Source: Sphyrna mokarran (taxonomy: Eukaryota). Taken from it: a DNA stretch of 64,000 bases. A program made the position numbers and the translations under genes. The stretch's first letter is position 1; every line of letters begins with the position of its first letter. The notes under the pieces are model-generated. The model was not told the origin of the DNA, did no database searches, and was given only the letters and a program-made list of their open reading frames with translations. Below are positions 51,347 through 64,000 of the stretch, piece by piece. Location: the NCBI GenBank assembly GCA_024679065.1, contig JAGIQG010000011.1, positions 51,770,001-51,834,000 on the forward strand, written 5' to 3'.

Positions 51347-52631
51347 TCCACTGCAAATGGCCACTATTAATATTCCCTCTTCTGCATGTTACAAAAAATG
51401 TCCAAAACTTACAGTTAAAGCAAAAAAAAACAGATGTTTGTTTCTGATTTGATTTGATTGCTGAACATTGTTTTCTGATTATCAAACATTTTGAATGAAG
51501 GAATTTTGAATCAATAAAAGTTGGATGGACCAAATTTTTGATAATTTTAAAAGTCATGCAATAGAGAACCTTTTGTTCTCCTTTCTCTGTGTGATGCTGG
51601 ACTAAGTATTAATTTTTCCAGTTACTTCTAGTCTAGCTAAAATGGACATATGTAAGTAATAGCCTGCTAATATTTCATCTTTTGGTAGTCTTTGTCAATG
51701 GTGGCTCACCATTGTTTTGCACTCTCAGGGGAAGGGCAAGGGGGTAGGTTCTAAGATGCTAAAACAAAAATTGAACCCATGCTATTGGCATTGTTTTAAA
51801 TCATATACTAACCATCTAACCAAGTAAGTTAATGAACTTCGTAATGTCACACCTATGGCCCAGATTTTTGTTTCTAGGTCAGGGGCTCACAATCGAGAGA
51901 ACTTCCAAGCTTTAGAAAATGTCTGTGATTTTCAGTCAAGGCAGGGTGGGTAGGCTGAAATCTGAATCAGGGCGGATGGATCCACGAGTGGTGAGGTGTT
52001 GGAATCAGGTAACTTGGACATGTATAAAAAGCAGTCCATCAGTGTCATCGATCCAAATGTTACAATGTGAATGAAACAATGAGAATCTTGGAAGAGATGT
52101 TGTGAGTGGTTTAGTAAGTATCAAAGCTGTAAGTGTTGTCCAACTATTAGATTATCCTCAAAATAATGGCCAATCTTATGGAAGAACTGTCATTGATTCT
52201 TCCTGATCAAAACTGAACTGAACTAAACCAATGAGTGGATTCTTAAGACACAACCATGGAGATGGCATTGCCTTGTTACCACTACTTGATACAGATCAGA
52301 TGCTGTGATTTAGCAAGTTGACTAGACTCCATGGATCAGTGAACACCGTTGCATCCATTTACCCTATTGCTACTCATCTAAGATTGTAGTGGCATAATAG
52401 GCTGAAAAAGATGGAGCAAGCCAGTAGGACTGCCAGTTGTAGTTTAGCACAATGTGTCACCTTGGGTAACAGGCACAATATACAAAGCATCAAGAATATG
52501 TGTGGAGCCCCTCTCTGAACCACACCATTAAGAGTGTCTATAGTTTAGATCATGTAAATGGTTAGTGCATATGAGCACACAAAAGTGAATCAACAATGGT
52601 GTAGCTAGCTGCTCATGATGCTTCTCACTTT

Positions 52632-53770
52632 ACATAGAGTCATAGAGATTTACAGCATGGAAACAGGCCCTTCGACCCAACTTGTCCATGCTGCCTTTTT
52701 TTTAATGACTAATCGCCCACATTTGGCCCATATTCCTTAATAACCATCTTCCCCATGTAACTAAATGCTTTCTAAAAGACAAAATTGTACCTACCTCTAT
52801 TACTACCTCTGGCAGCTTATTCTACACATTCACCACCTTCTATGTGAAAAAATTGTTCCTCTGGACACTTTTCTTTCTCTCCCGTCTCACCTTAAACTTA
52901 TGCCTCCCAGTTTTAGATTCCCCTACGTTTGAGAAAATATATTGACTATCTAATTAATCTATGCCCTTCATTATTTCATAAATCTTTGTAAGATCACCCC
53001 TAAGCTTACTAAGCTCCAGAGAAAAACTTGCAGTCTATCCAGCTTCTTCTTATAACTCAAACAGTCAAGTCCTAGTAGCATCCTAGTAAATCTTTTCTGG
53101 ACGCCTTCTAGTTTAATAATATCCTGTCTATTTTAGGTTGACCGGAACTGTATACAGTATTCCAAATGTGGCCTTACCAATGTCTTGTACAACTTCAACA
53201 AGACATCCCACTTAACTCCTGTATTCAATATCCTGACCAATGAAACCAAGCATGCTGAATGCCTTCTTCATCATTCTGTTCACCTACGACTCTACTTTTA
53301 AGGAGCAATGAACCTTTATCTGTAGATCTCTTTGTTGTATAACTCTCCCCAACACCCCACCATTAACTAAGTAAGTCCTACCCTAGTTCAATCTCCCAAA
53401 ATGTATCACCTTGCATTTATCTAAATTAAACTCCATCTGGTCTAATTGATCAAGACCCAGTTACAATCTCAGATAACCTTCTTCACAGTCTATAATGCCA
53501 CCAATCTTGGTGTCATCTGTAAACTTACTAATGATACTTCCTAAATTCTCATCCATATTATTAATATAAATGATAAATAACAGTGGACCTAACACTGATC
53601 TCTGAGGCACACCGCTGGTCACAGGCTTCCGGTTTGAAGAACAACTCTCTACAACCACTCTCTGTCTTCTGTCATCAAGTCAATTTTGTATCTATTTGGC
53701 TACCTCACCCTAGACCCTGTGAGATTTAATCTTATGCAACAACCTACCATGCAATAACTTGTCAAAGGCA
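52632..53770 (-). mobile_element. Degenerate 5'-truncated CR1
   Basis: ORF 53461-53658 reads PVTSGVPQRSVLGPLLFIIYINNMDENLGSIISKFTDDTKIGG. (CATAGAGT)n tail at about 52633. Confidence 0.9.
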
Positions 53771-53796
53771 TTTCATTTTCTTTAATTCATTCTTTA

Positions 53797-54075
53797 CGGT
53801 GACACAGTAATTAGCACTGCTGCTCACAGTGCCACAAACCCAGGTTTGGGTGATGGTCTGTGTGGCATCTGCACGTTCTTCCCATGTCTGCGTGGGTTTC
53901 CTCCAGGTGCTTCGGTTTACTTCCATGATCCAAATATTTGCTGGGTAGGTGCATTGGCCATGCTAAATTCTTCCCCAGTGTGCCTGAACAGGTGCCAGAA
54001 TGTGGCAACTAGGACATTTTCACAGTAACTTAATTACAGCATTAATGTAAACCTACTTGTGACACTAATAAATAA
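53797..54075 (+). mobile_element. V-SINE, alternative-tail subfamily
   Basis: Head, V-core, tail ending CTACTTGTGACACTAATAAATAA. Confidence 0.9.
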
Positions 54076-55089
54076 TCTTAACCAAACTAATTCAAACAAT
54101 GTCATGTGGATCAGCTGCATCTTTCTATTTCCATCTAAGTGTGTCTTTAGCAGAGGCTTAATGATCTGGCTCCAGGACAGATGCTCCTCAGCATGTGCAT
54201 CTGAAGGAAGAGTGCTGGGTGCTATACATTCATCCCCACTGCTGTATTACACTTTGGCCTTGGTGTGGGCAGAGCAGCTCAATGGGCCATGTATTGTTCA
54301 GTTAATATCTGCTGTCGCTTCTACAATTGCTGCATTGTCATTTTGAGTCTCATAGGTTATGGTTTAAGCAGTCTGCAGAGATATATGTGAGCCAAGACTG
54401 ATAAATGTGGAACCAATTCTTATCCAGGACCATTGGCTGGAAAGGATATGGCACAAGCTATTTCAATGAGCAGTATGAGCACAGCTGTCTAATCATCATG
54501 CGCAAGATGCTGCACACTGGTGTCAATGTGTACAGGTTTTTACATCTTCATTCATGTCATTATCTGCATCGTGGGCATGGCTTGATCATGGTTGAGTTGG
54601 CAGCAAGGGTTCTACACTGTCAATGACATTCATGTGAGGCAACCAGAATAAAGGGGACTTATTTCAACATGCAGCTTGAAAGATACTGATGACAATTGTT
54701 TCTATTGGAGAGGGTAGCTGTAGTTTGAATGTGATTAACTCAAACTCACTGATGATACTTCACTCCATTGTGAGGGTTGTTCAGTCCACTGAGAGACTGT
54801 GGCATCCAGGAACAAGTACCTTTATGTGGAGATATGTCATTGAGAATTGTCTGATAGATGTTGTTATTTTGGAGAACCCTATGAAAATCTATTCTGAACA
54901 TGGACCAGTCTGGCAAGGGCTCCCTCCCCCTGGATTCTCTTTGCTGCTCTTCTGCCGTTGACAAGCTCAGCATCTTCATTTGTTTTGGGTTTCTGAATAG
55001 CCTGAATGAGCTTCCTCCCCCATGTCTCATCCTTATATATTCCCTTCTCAGTGGTTGGAGTGCTGCTCATGGACTCACCATCATCTAGT

Positions 55090-55560
55090 TGGAGGTCTCT
55101 CTGCTGTACAATGTTGTGCACCATTCAGCATACAACTCACACCTGGCTAGGGCATATTGGAGAGTTCCACCAGTGCGATCGGGGCATCAGAATCTCATTT
55201 TTAAAATGCTGATGGCATGCCCAATGGTGTTCATGCTGATGATATGGCTGCTATTGTAGTTTAGAGTGAAACTGTTGGTTCCTAAACAAGGGGCGGGTCA
55301 ATAGCCATGTTTCTAGGAGGTTGCCCTTGTCCCTAGGAGCCATTCCCAGACCTGCAAAAATGACTGAAATAAATTGGGGAGCTGAAGATTTCTCTGTCTG
55401 AAGAAGTAGTAGTTGCTGCAATGTAATCTTGCACACACTTGAAGAAACAATCTTGTGGTCACAAATCACCTGCACATTGACTGAGTGAAATGACCTGTGC
55501 TTTATGAAAATGTCTGTGGAGGCCTTTATTGCAAAATGAGTTCAGTTAACAGGTGGGACT
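55090..55560 (-). mobile_element. PIF/Harbinger (HARBI1-like) DDE transposase relic
   Basis: Decayed THFAIKA..IFIKHRSFHSVNVQVICD...DKG.LLETWLLT...KMRF*CPDRTGGTLQYA, matching the Harbinger motifs (HxxI, NRKGFHSxNVQxVCD, GDxGY, KxRFRCLD). Confidence 0.75.
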
Positions 55561-57084
55561 TTTCACACATCCTGCTGCATGTATCTTCTGGTCACGCCAT
55601 TGTCAATGAGATTTCTCATTGGATGCATTTCTCACCAGCAGGAAACTCACAGCGAGGGTGCGATGTCAGATAGACTGGAAGATTCAGTTGGTTTGAATGG
55701 CCGGAAAATTTCAGCATCTGAGGGAAGCCTACAATTTGGGCAAAGTCATTGGCTCCTTGAGTCTGAGACTCAAGATCCAAGGAGAAACTAATCACTTCCC
55801 TGACTCCAGTCCCACTCCCACTCCCACGATAACAGAACATGCTGTTTGTGAGGGCTGCAAAACTTACATTATCAGGCTATATCTGGGTGATTCATCATGA
55901 CAGAGAGGCTCTTCGCCATGGCACAAACATGGGACTTAATTATATTGTTAACTGATAAAAAGCCATATATAGACCATCTCACTCAGAGCAACAAAATTAG
56001 TGGGCATTAGAAATGTTACTCTGTCTCAATATAAAGTGGCACTGCTTCTGGGTTAAGTATATGCTCTGGCAATTCTCTCTATATATGATTCTAGCCTGTG
56101 GTGAAAGTGTCATTTATATGATAGCACTATATGCAAAATAGTGCTAGCCTAGTGTCTGGTAAAATGACCAGTAAACATTAGATTGCAGATAGCCATCCTT
56201 TTTCAATAGTATTACTCAATGCATTAATAAATTTTGTTGTTTTTTTCTTCCTGTAATTCTACTTCACTCCACACAGAATGTGAAATTTTGAAGTAAGCCA
56301 ATTTCCCATTCTTGCTCAGGGGTATTATGCCACAGCAAAGTAATAAGCATGTTTGTTCTTGCAATTTCCTACACACAGAGCCTGATTTCGCCCATGTTGT
56401 CAGGGGGATGCCGAGCATAAGATTAACTGTCCCCCCTCAGGAAAGGAAGCAAAGCAGCAAGTTCTTTGCAGCTGGATCGAGAACAACATTGACAGATGTT
56501 TTGGCAGAAGGGCACCTGTCTGGCTTCTGACTAGGGACTGGCACATGAGACTGGAGGACTTAGCCAGAAAGAAAAAAAGAATTAGATAACCGTGAGGAGA
56601 GAAGATGAACTCAAAACATTAGAATGGTAAACTAAGGATACCTTTCCATTTCTGATTTGGGAAGCAATACCCAACAAAGAACATGGCTGGCTGCCAATCC
56701 CTGCATCCCTTTAGGTCCTTTCGCTGGATAATAACTCTCAGATCCCTATAACGTAGATTTAAACATAACTCTTTTTGAGAGTATTTACCTGTTGATGTGG
56801 AATGTACACTTCCCAGAATCAGCAAATTGTTTAAACAGATATCTGCAGAATAGAACACCGAATATTTGTGTCATTAGTCTAGGCCTTTATTTTTAATTCT
56901 TTTTAAAAATGTATTAATGCGATGAATGTGTCACTGGCTAGGCCTATCTTTATTGCCCATCCCTTAAGAAGTGGGTGGTGAGCAGCCATCTTGAACTGTT
57001 GCTATCTCTGAGCAGATTAAGCAAGTGCTGCATGATAGTGCTATTGATGACCCATCTCATTATAGAGATTCATGCATTATTACA

Positions 57085-57935
57085 AAAAAGACTTTTTACC
57101 AACAACAGAATGTCTCAAAGCACTTTATGGCCAAAGAAGTGTTTTGGAAGTATAGGCTGTGACTTTCCAGCCGTTCACTTCACATCGGTAGGATCTTCTG
57201 GTCCCGCACCACCACTGTGGGTTTACAGCGATGAAGGGTACATTCAACGGCAAAGCCCATTAATAATAGCAGGAACACAGGATCCCACTGCTGGCCAATG
57301 GTGGGTCCCTGGAAACACATGGTGGGCTGTCACTGTTGTCAGATGTGAAATAAGGCAGCCAATTTGCACACAGCAAACTCTCACAAACTGCAATGTAATT
57401 TGTGATATTGATTAAGGGGTACAAGAATTGGGCAGAACATCAAACATAATTTCCTTGCTCTTCTTTGAATCTGGACCATATGATCTTTCATGTCCATCTT
57501 GATGAGGCAATCATTGAACCAGAAGGAGGCCTTTTGACCCATCTAGTCTGCACCAAGACCCTGTCCCCATAACCCCATGCTTTTACCCTAACTACTCCCC
57601 CAACACTAAAGGACAATTTAGAATGGCCAATTCACCTCTTCCATACATCTTTGGACTGTGGAAGGAAACTCATGCAGACATGGGAATGACGTGCAAACTG
57701 CACACTGACCTAAGATAGGAGTGGAACTCGGTTCCTTGTTGTTGTGAAGCAGCAGTGCTAACCACTGCACCACTGTGCCACCCCAATGTTTAACGTCTTT
57801 TTGTAAAGACAACAGTTGCTGCAGAGCAGCACTCCATTGGAGTATCAGCTTTGATTTCTGTGCTGAAGTCCTGCAGTGGAGCATAGTGCCAGAATCTTCT
57901 GATTAAGAGGCAGGAGTGCAACCACCTGAACCACA
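57085..57935 (-). mobile_element. SacSINE1-like element interrupted by a MITE (about 57155-57325) and an HE1 SINE (about 57515-57783, minus)
   Basis: DeuSINE-type segments are collinear across the inserts, and the HE1 head GGGGTGGCACAGTGGTGCAGTGGTTAGCACTG is present. Confidence 0.75.
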
Positions 57936-60900
57936 CATTAGGCTCTGAATAAAATAAATGGATGCACAGTTACTTAAACCACAATAACTGGTTGATGTAG
58001 ACAGAAATGTTTGCTCCCCTACCACCCATCAAACCACATTGTACAAGAACACAAAAAATCAACTTCAGGACGTATTAGGAATATTATATACACATCCTCA
58101 TCAGGGACTCAATGAAACTCTGCAATCCACCCACAACAATCAGCTTTTAGAATTTACAATGGCTTTATGAAATGTTCAATTTCAGTTAACTTGCGTAAAT
58201 AAGGAAAGGTTGTTTTTTTGTTTAATAATTTTTTTGTCCTGCTTCTTTCAGAAATGAGGAGCTAGAAATCGAGTACAAGTGCAACATGGATCCCTCAGGA
58301 TTCAATATGTCGGCTCCACAGGCTCATTCCACACCTGAAGTGCACTACCCATCATACTGGGCTTCCCTGCATGTACATCAAAATACATCAAACTGAATAG
58401 AATAGTCTCCATGCTCTATGCGAGGCAATGACTGGGATCTCCCTCCTCCTGCTCATCCCCTCCAAATTGGCATTGAGGAGCCTGGTAGAATGGCCTGCAG
58501 GCACAAGATCCAATTTTTTCTTCATAATCATTTCTTGCTGTCTTCTTTAAGAAATGTTGCTTGCCAATAAGTAGTATCAGTAAAGCATGTTTCCAAACCC
58601 ACTCTGACAAAATCACACACGCAAGGAATTATCCAGGCAGAGTTGACAACAAGCCAGTTATTATAATGAATTGTCAGCACCATTTTAGCATGGTCCTCCT
58701 AACCACTTAAAGAAACATGTGCCCAGCTCCCTGCTCCCCCATTCTCGGGCATGATCAAATAGCCAAACTATTAGGTTTTTATGGAACACTTTTGTCTTTA
58801 CTGCAGCTATTGTGTAGCTGAAACCACTGAACATACTTGAGCTTCCAAGGGTATTCAGAACTCAAGGGGTTAATGAGCTTCTTAACTGAGCACAGACACG
58901 TTAATCCAATTGCTTTGGTAGTCTGACATATTTTCCACATTTCCTTCCAGTTTCTGTGTAATTTTGACTTGTTTATTTTCAAGTGGCACATTTAGCATCC
59001 ATAATACATGACGTTGTGGTGTGTAAAATGTGACAGCAAGTCTGTACTAAAGCACTGCTAAATCAATGATATACTGCTGACAGCATCTCGGGAAACTCAG
59101 GCCACAGCCGACTGCAGCCAGCTCCCGCCTAACTGATTGTTTTTAATACTGAAATGACACTAGAGAGGTCAAGTAAATAAATATGCATGCATCCCCAGTT
59201 CAAATTAATAAAATTCCAATGTGTGGAGCCTGCTTGTTGAACATATGTTTGAAGCATGGCTAAGCCATCTGGCTTTGTGTCAAGCATTTACACCAACTGC
59301 AGTCTTACACTACCTGACAGCGGAAAAGCTTTATTCCCAGGGTGTTTGGGCACAAATGGAGAAATATTATTGAAATGATTATCTGCATCAAGACTCAGAT
59401 TTGGTTTGACATTTTGCTGGCTCTGTGTAATCCAAAGGTCTGTCTGTTAGAATGAAGAAAGGGTCCGCCAATAAGCTGGCAGTAGCTGCAGAGAGTACTA
59501 GATGATTAATGAGGCTGAAAGACTGGTTGTACCCAACCCACCTCCACTCAGACCTGAGGGCCAGAAAATGCATATGAAATTGGTCTTAAGCTTTTTTGTG
59601 TTTTCTCCAGAGGATGCTTTAGCTAGCTCTTACCGAGCTCTCAGAACTCACTCGAATTACAGTGTGGCAAAGACAAAAACACCAGAAGTTGCATTTAATT
59701 TCTCATTTTGAACATTGAGTAAAACTGCTAAAACAGGCTTATTCGTAGACTTGTTATGCCACCAGTATCTAATTCGATAATCTAAACATTTTATAATCCA
59801 TGGTAATGAAGTTAGTGACTTAAATATTTGTGTAGTAAGTACAACATATCAATTTTTCATAAATGAAGTTAACACTTATTAATATACATATTATAATATA
59901 TAAATATATATTAATATATATTTTCTTATTTCAAAACTAACAAGAATGCATCAATGTTAGAAAAGTATTCTAATTGACTTATGCTTTGTTAAAGATTGCA
60001 TGAATTAATTTTTTGTTCACATATCTTGTTGTGGTAGCAAAAACAGGCACAAAATATCTGAAACAAAGGTTTCTAAAACACACAAATAAGACAGTTACGA
60101 TCTTCTTTTATTTTCCATGGGTTGAATTTCTTGTAATCTCTTTGGAAATATAGTTTTTTGCAGATTAAACCCATTTGAGAAAGGAATTATATTTGTATCC
60201 TCAAAGCCAGTCTATAATATTTGTTGAAGATTAGTTTTCTTTTCGTTGTTCAGGCAGATAGATGTAAATAGAAAAGAGATTTCCACTTTTCTGGAAAACA
60301 AAAATTAAAACCAATAAAATATACAAATTGTACATGGGTACCTGTAATACAAGAACTGAATTGTACCTGTAACAGAAGTACAAAATATCCATTTACTCCA
60401 GAAGCTGAGTTCCCCTCCCCTCCCCCACCTCACAACCCTCTGAAGTTGAGAATGGAGGGATTTTCCAGTCAGCTTCCAGTTTCTGAAGGGAACAACTGCC
60501 TGGAAGTATGTCTGGGTGCCAACGTTCCTTGATGACCAAAACTTTGCCTGTTTGGGTGAGGGTACAGTCCCTGTAGAGGGCTTCCCCTCCCCCTTCACTT
60601 TGAAATGATTTTTCTGTTTTTTAAAGAGCTTGAAATGGCACCTTCTTGTTGGACATCGTCCCAGTTTCTTACCTTGCACTGTAGACGGTTCCTTCAATGG
60701 GAGACCTACGATTGGCTCTCCAGCCTCAGGAAATTCCCACAGCACTCATTTGGACAGGAAGCCTCATTTCATATCAATTAAGGGCTTGCCCATTTGAAAA
60801 TCTTGATCAGTTCCCTGCAGGTTTCTGACTCAAAACAACACTTGGTTTTGAAGCATTAACACTGTTTCTCTCTCCACGAATGCTGCCAGACCTGCTGAGT

Positions 60901-61367
60901 TTATCCAACAATTTCTGTTTTTATTTCAATTTCTAGCACCTGCAGTATTTTGCTTTTATTTTAACACAGTTCTTATCCACAGCATTGGTCTACCTACGAC
61001 ATATTGTGCAGCTTCATTGTTAAAAGTGATGCATTTGTACTTAATTTTCAAAATCCATAATGAGTGGACTGAACTGATTCTTTCTGCACCAGTTAAATAA
61101 AGCAAAAGAGAAAGTTGATATTTCTGCCAAATTCAGCATGATTTCTCAGTGAAAGAAACGTTAAATTTCCCCAGACCCCAGTGTTTTGTGCTACTTGGCC
61201 AAATGATCCAACTATCTTCCAAATACCTCCTCACTTTATAATGCAGAGGAAAGCAATGGTGCCTGTAGCCTGGTCCCCACACCAACTTGATGATTAGAGG
61301 GAAGACTGATGGGGACAGAACATGTTTGCAGCAACATGAGCTCTATTCTTTAGTACAGTATGTAAAA

Positions 61368-61650
61368 AATAAAGTTTATTTATTAGTCGCTAGTAGGTTT
61401 ATTTACTAGTTGCGATCAAGTTACTGTGAAAGTCCTCTAGATACCACATACTGGCACCTATTCAAGTACACTGAGGGAGAATTTAGCACAGCCAAACACC
61501 TAATCAGCACATCTTTTGGACTGTGAGAGGAAACCAGAGCACCCGGGCTAATCCCATGCAGGCACATGGAGAACATGCAGACTTTGCACAGTGACCGAAG
61601 CTAGGAATCAAACCCACGTCTCTGGCAATGTGAGGCAGCAGTGCTAACCT
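61368..61650 (-). mobile_element. V-SINE, alternative-tail subfamily
   Basis: Same organisation as 20618-20907. Confidence 0.85.
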
Positions 61651-62457
61651 ATGGACAGCAGAAAGCACTTCCTTCCATTTACCTTCTGGCTTTCTTGTGG
61701 AGTTTCCAGCTTTCTTCCTGCTTTCTTATGCTGCCCTTCATTCGCTTTCATGGTTGAAGCAGATTAGCGTGTTAATATTTGTGTGCTCTGTCAGTGCTCG
61801 AGACAGCCATAACTGTTGACTCCGAAAGTCATAAATGAAGAACAGGTTTTCTACAAGTAAATCAAATTTATTAAAAGCACAATCAGTGCAGCATCTATTC
61901 AGATAAAATTATTAATACCATCTACAACAATGTTTCATTTTTGGCTTCCTGGAGAGAAATAACGAGATCCAAATAAATTTAGTTTACATTCAGTTACTTA
62001 TCTGCAGAGATTCAGAGCTGCTTTCTATCTGGTGTTGCTCTTTGAGCTGTTGCTAACTTTTGGCGTTCTGATTGTGACAGACATTATATCATTTGCATTT
62101 TACTGCTCTCAGTGTCATTTTCACAGAGGAAGGAGGGTAATTTGATTGAGAATGTTGTAGAGTGGATTGTAGCTACGAGTTAAATAATTTCAAGCAGCAA
62201 CAGAATGAAATGCTTTCAATAGCAAGTATTTGTCACTCAGCAAAATGCAAATGAAAGATCATCTTGTAAAAATAAATAAGTAGGAAAATAAGCAAATATG
62301 GTTGTAATTATTATTCAAATTGATAATATGATTTTTACTGATATCTGCTACATTTGTTTAATTTTGATTGATTCAATTTATAGAAGTGATTTCTTTAAAA
62401 GCCTTTAAAAAGTGTGGGAATTCTGAAATACATCTCATTGTAGAGAGGAAACGTATT

Positions 62458-64000
62458 TGCCCAAATTTCGCTCCTCCACCAACATCCGATAATCTCCCGA
62501 GGAAGTGTGTCCATAGGTTCAGCTAAGGGCAAGTTTTACATGAGTGTGAGACCCCCACAAAAGCAGCCTGCTGAATCTCATGGGGGGGGGGGGTGGCTAC
62601 ATTTAATAGCATCTGTGAATGGGTGCAGAGATTGCGATGCAGTACAACTGCACACCCATTACTTTTGATGCAGGCGGCACATCAACATTGTATTGCCTGC
62701 TAATTTGCATGATTGCTACATGCAGCCAGAGCTAAACATGCTATTGAGTGACTGCAAGCCTCAGCAGGGGGCTTGGGGTTGTGTGAGCAAGCACCACAAA
62801 AGCCAGCCTGCATTACTTAAAGCCAGTTTGAACATCTAACTGTGAATTGCATTGAGGCTTAGGCAGCCTGATCAGAAGAAAAGGATAAATTGAAAGGAAG
62901 ATAGAAAGAAAAATCTACATTTACATAGCATCATTCACAACTTCAGGCAATCACAAACTACCAAGTCAATGAAGTACTTTTCGAAGTGTAATTACGGTTA
63001 CACATGGCGGTCGATTTACACATTGCAAGCTCTCATGAACAGCAATATTATAATGATTGAGCACACTGCTTTTGTGATTCGTTGACTGGGGGATAAATGT
63101 TTGCCAGGACCATTCTTTAAAAATAGTACCAAGGAATCTTTTAAATCACCAGAGAGGGCAGTTTAACATCTCATCTGAAAAACATCATCATGAACCGCAG
63201 ACTCTCTCTGTATTGTAGGGAGAGAGGAGAGGTGGGCGGTCAGCCCAGTTTTTCTACTCAAGGCTCTGGAGTGAGACCTAAACCCACAGCGTTGTGACTC
63301 AAAGACAATTGTGACAGACATTGCTACCAAATGAACCTCAGATGACACCTTAGTTATGCTGCTTCTGGGAAGACAGCATGCTCCAACATTCTTTGACACT
63401 TCACTGGACATTTTGGTGGAGAGGTGAAAAAATGTCCTCTATGAACAAGGGTTCAGGAGGCCTTTCGGACAAGCTGTATGAAGTCAATGGGAACAGATGC
63501 TAGTCATCAAGCTCTGACGAACTGGATTCATTGCAGCAAAGGCTCAATGACATTACTTGCATAGTCAATGTCAGTGAATTCATCTTTAAATGTCATATCC
63601 CAACAATCGCACCAGCAGCTTCGGATATTACTCAATGAACCATACAGCCAGCGCTCACCCATTAATCTCTGTCAGGACACTGAACTCACATTCATGATTT
63701 CACTTCACTCTCATATAGTTAACATTACTACAAGTCTTGCACCCACATCTCACAGTTTCCACACTGTGCCAAGTATTGAATCATGACAGCCCTATCACCC
63801 AAGAAGATTGCATTTCACTCATCAATTCACTCCCATCTCTCTCTGGCACAATAGGGTGATACAGGAGCTAACAGTCAGCGGTCAGGTACCGCTATGTATC
63901 CTCTCAGAAACTGAGATGCCAGTTTCTGCCATCGCTGGAGTGACCATTGTTGATGCCATAGCCAGAAATGGAAATGAAATCATAGAAGTTAAAGGTATGT
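62458..64000 (+). mobile_element. Harbinger relic with a Myb/SANT ORF, interrupted by a SacSINE1-like element (about 62915-63340, minus)
   Basis: RQHAPTFFDTSLDILVE...VLYEQGFRRPFGQAV*SQWEQ...WIHCSK..NDI (about 63370-63570), followed by a GT donor-like site. Runs off the window. Confidence 0.65.

Noticed and set aside
1-64000. CRISPR arrays, operons, prokaryotic defence systems, rRNA
   Set aside because: This is vertebrate DNA; I saw no regularly spaced repeat-spacer arrays, dense ORF clusters or rRNA motifs.

Overview
Eukaryotic, AT-rich, CpG-depleted, repeat-dense genomic DNA, almost certainly from a shark: it carries HE1/V-SINEs, SacSINE1-like DeuSINEs and elasmobranch-type CR1 LINEs. The only credible host coding sequence is three in-frame, minus-strand spliced exons at the left edge (1817-1672, 1258-1160, 117-<1) of a gene I cannot name. 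There is a 213-nt assembly gap at 9606-9818. The rest is intronic or intergenic. It contains many SINEs and CR1/L2/Rex1 LINE fragments, including one young CR1 with an intact 234-aa ORF2 end. It also holds three decayed LTR-element relics, PIF/Harbinger relics (HARBI1-like transposase, Myb/SANT ORFs, many MITEs), Penelope-type termini with decayed hammerhead cores, and several repeat-free blocks that look like enhancers. Nearly all ORFs in the supplied track are spurious or transposon-derived. I found no clear new multi-gene system. The best leads are a CR1-ORF2/V-SINE chimera inserted as one unit, a local 120-bp duplication fused to a Penelope end, an RT-less Gypsy relic, an LTR relic with a tRNA-Ser-like PBS, and the unidentified gene. 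All alignments and family assignments were made by eye and from memory, and repeat boundaries are approximate.
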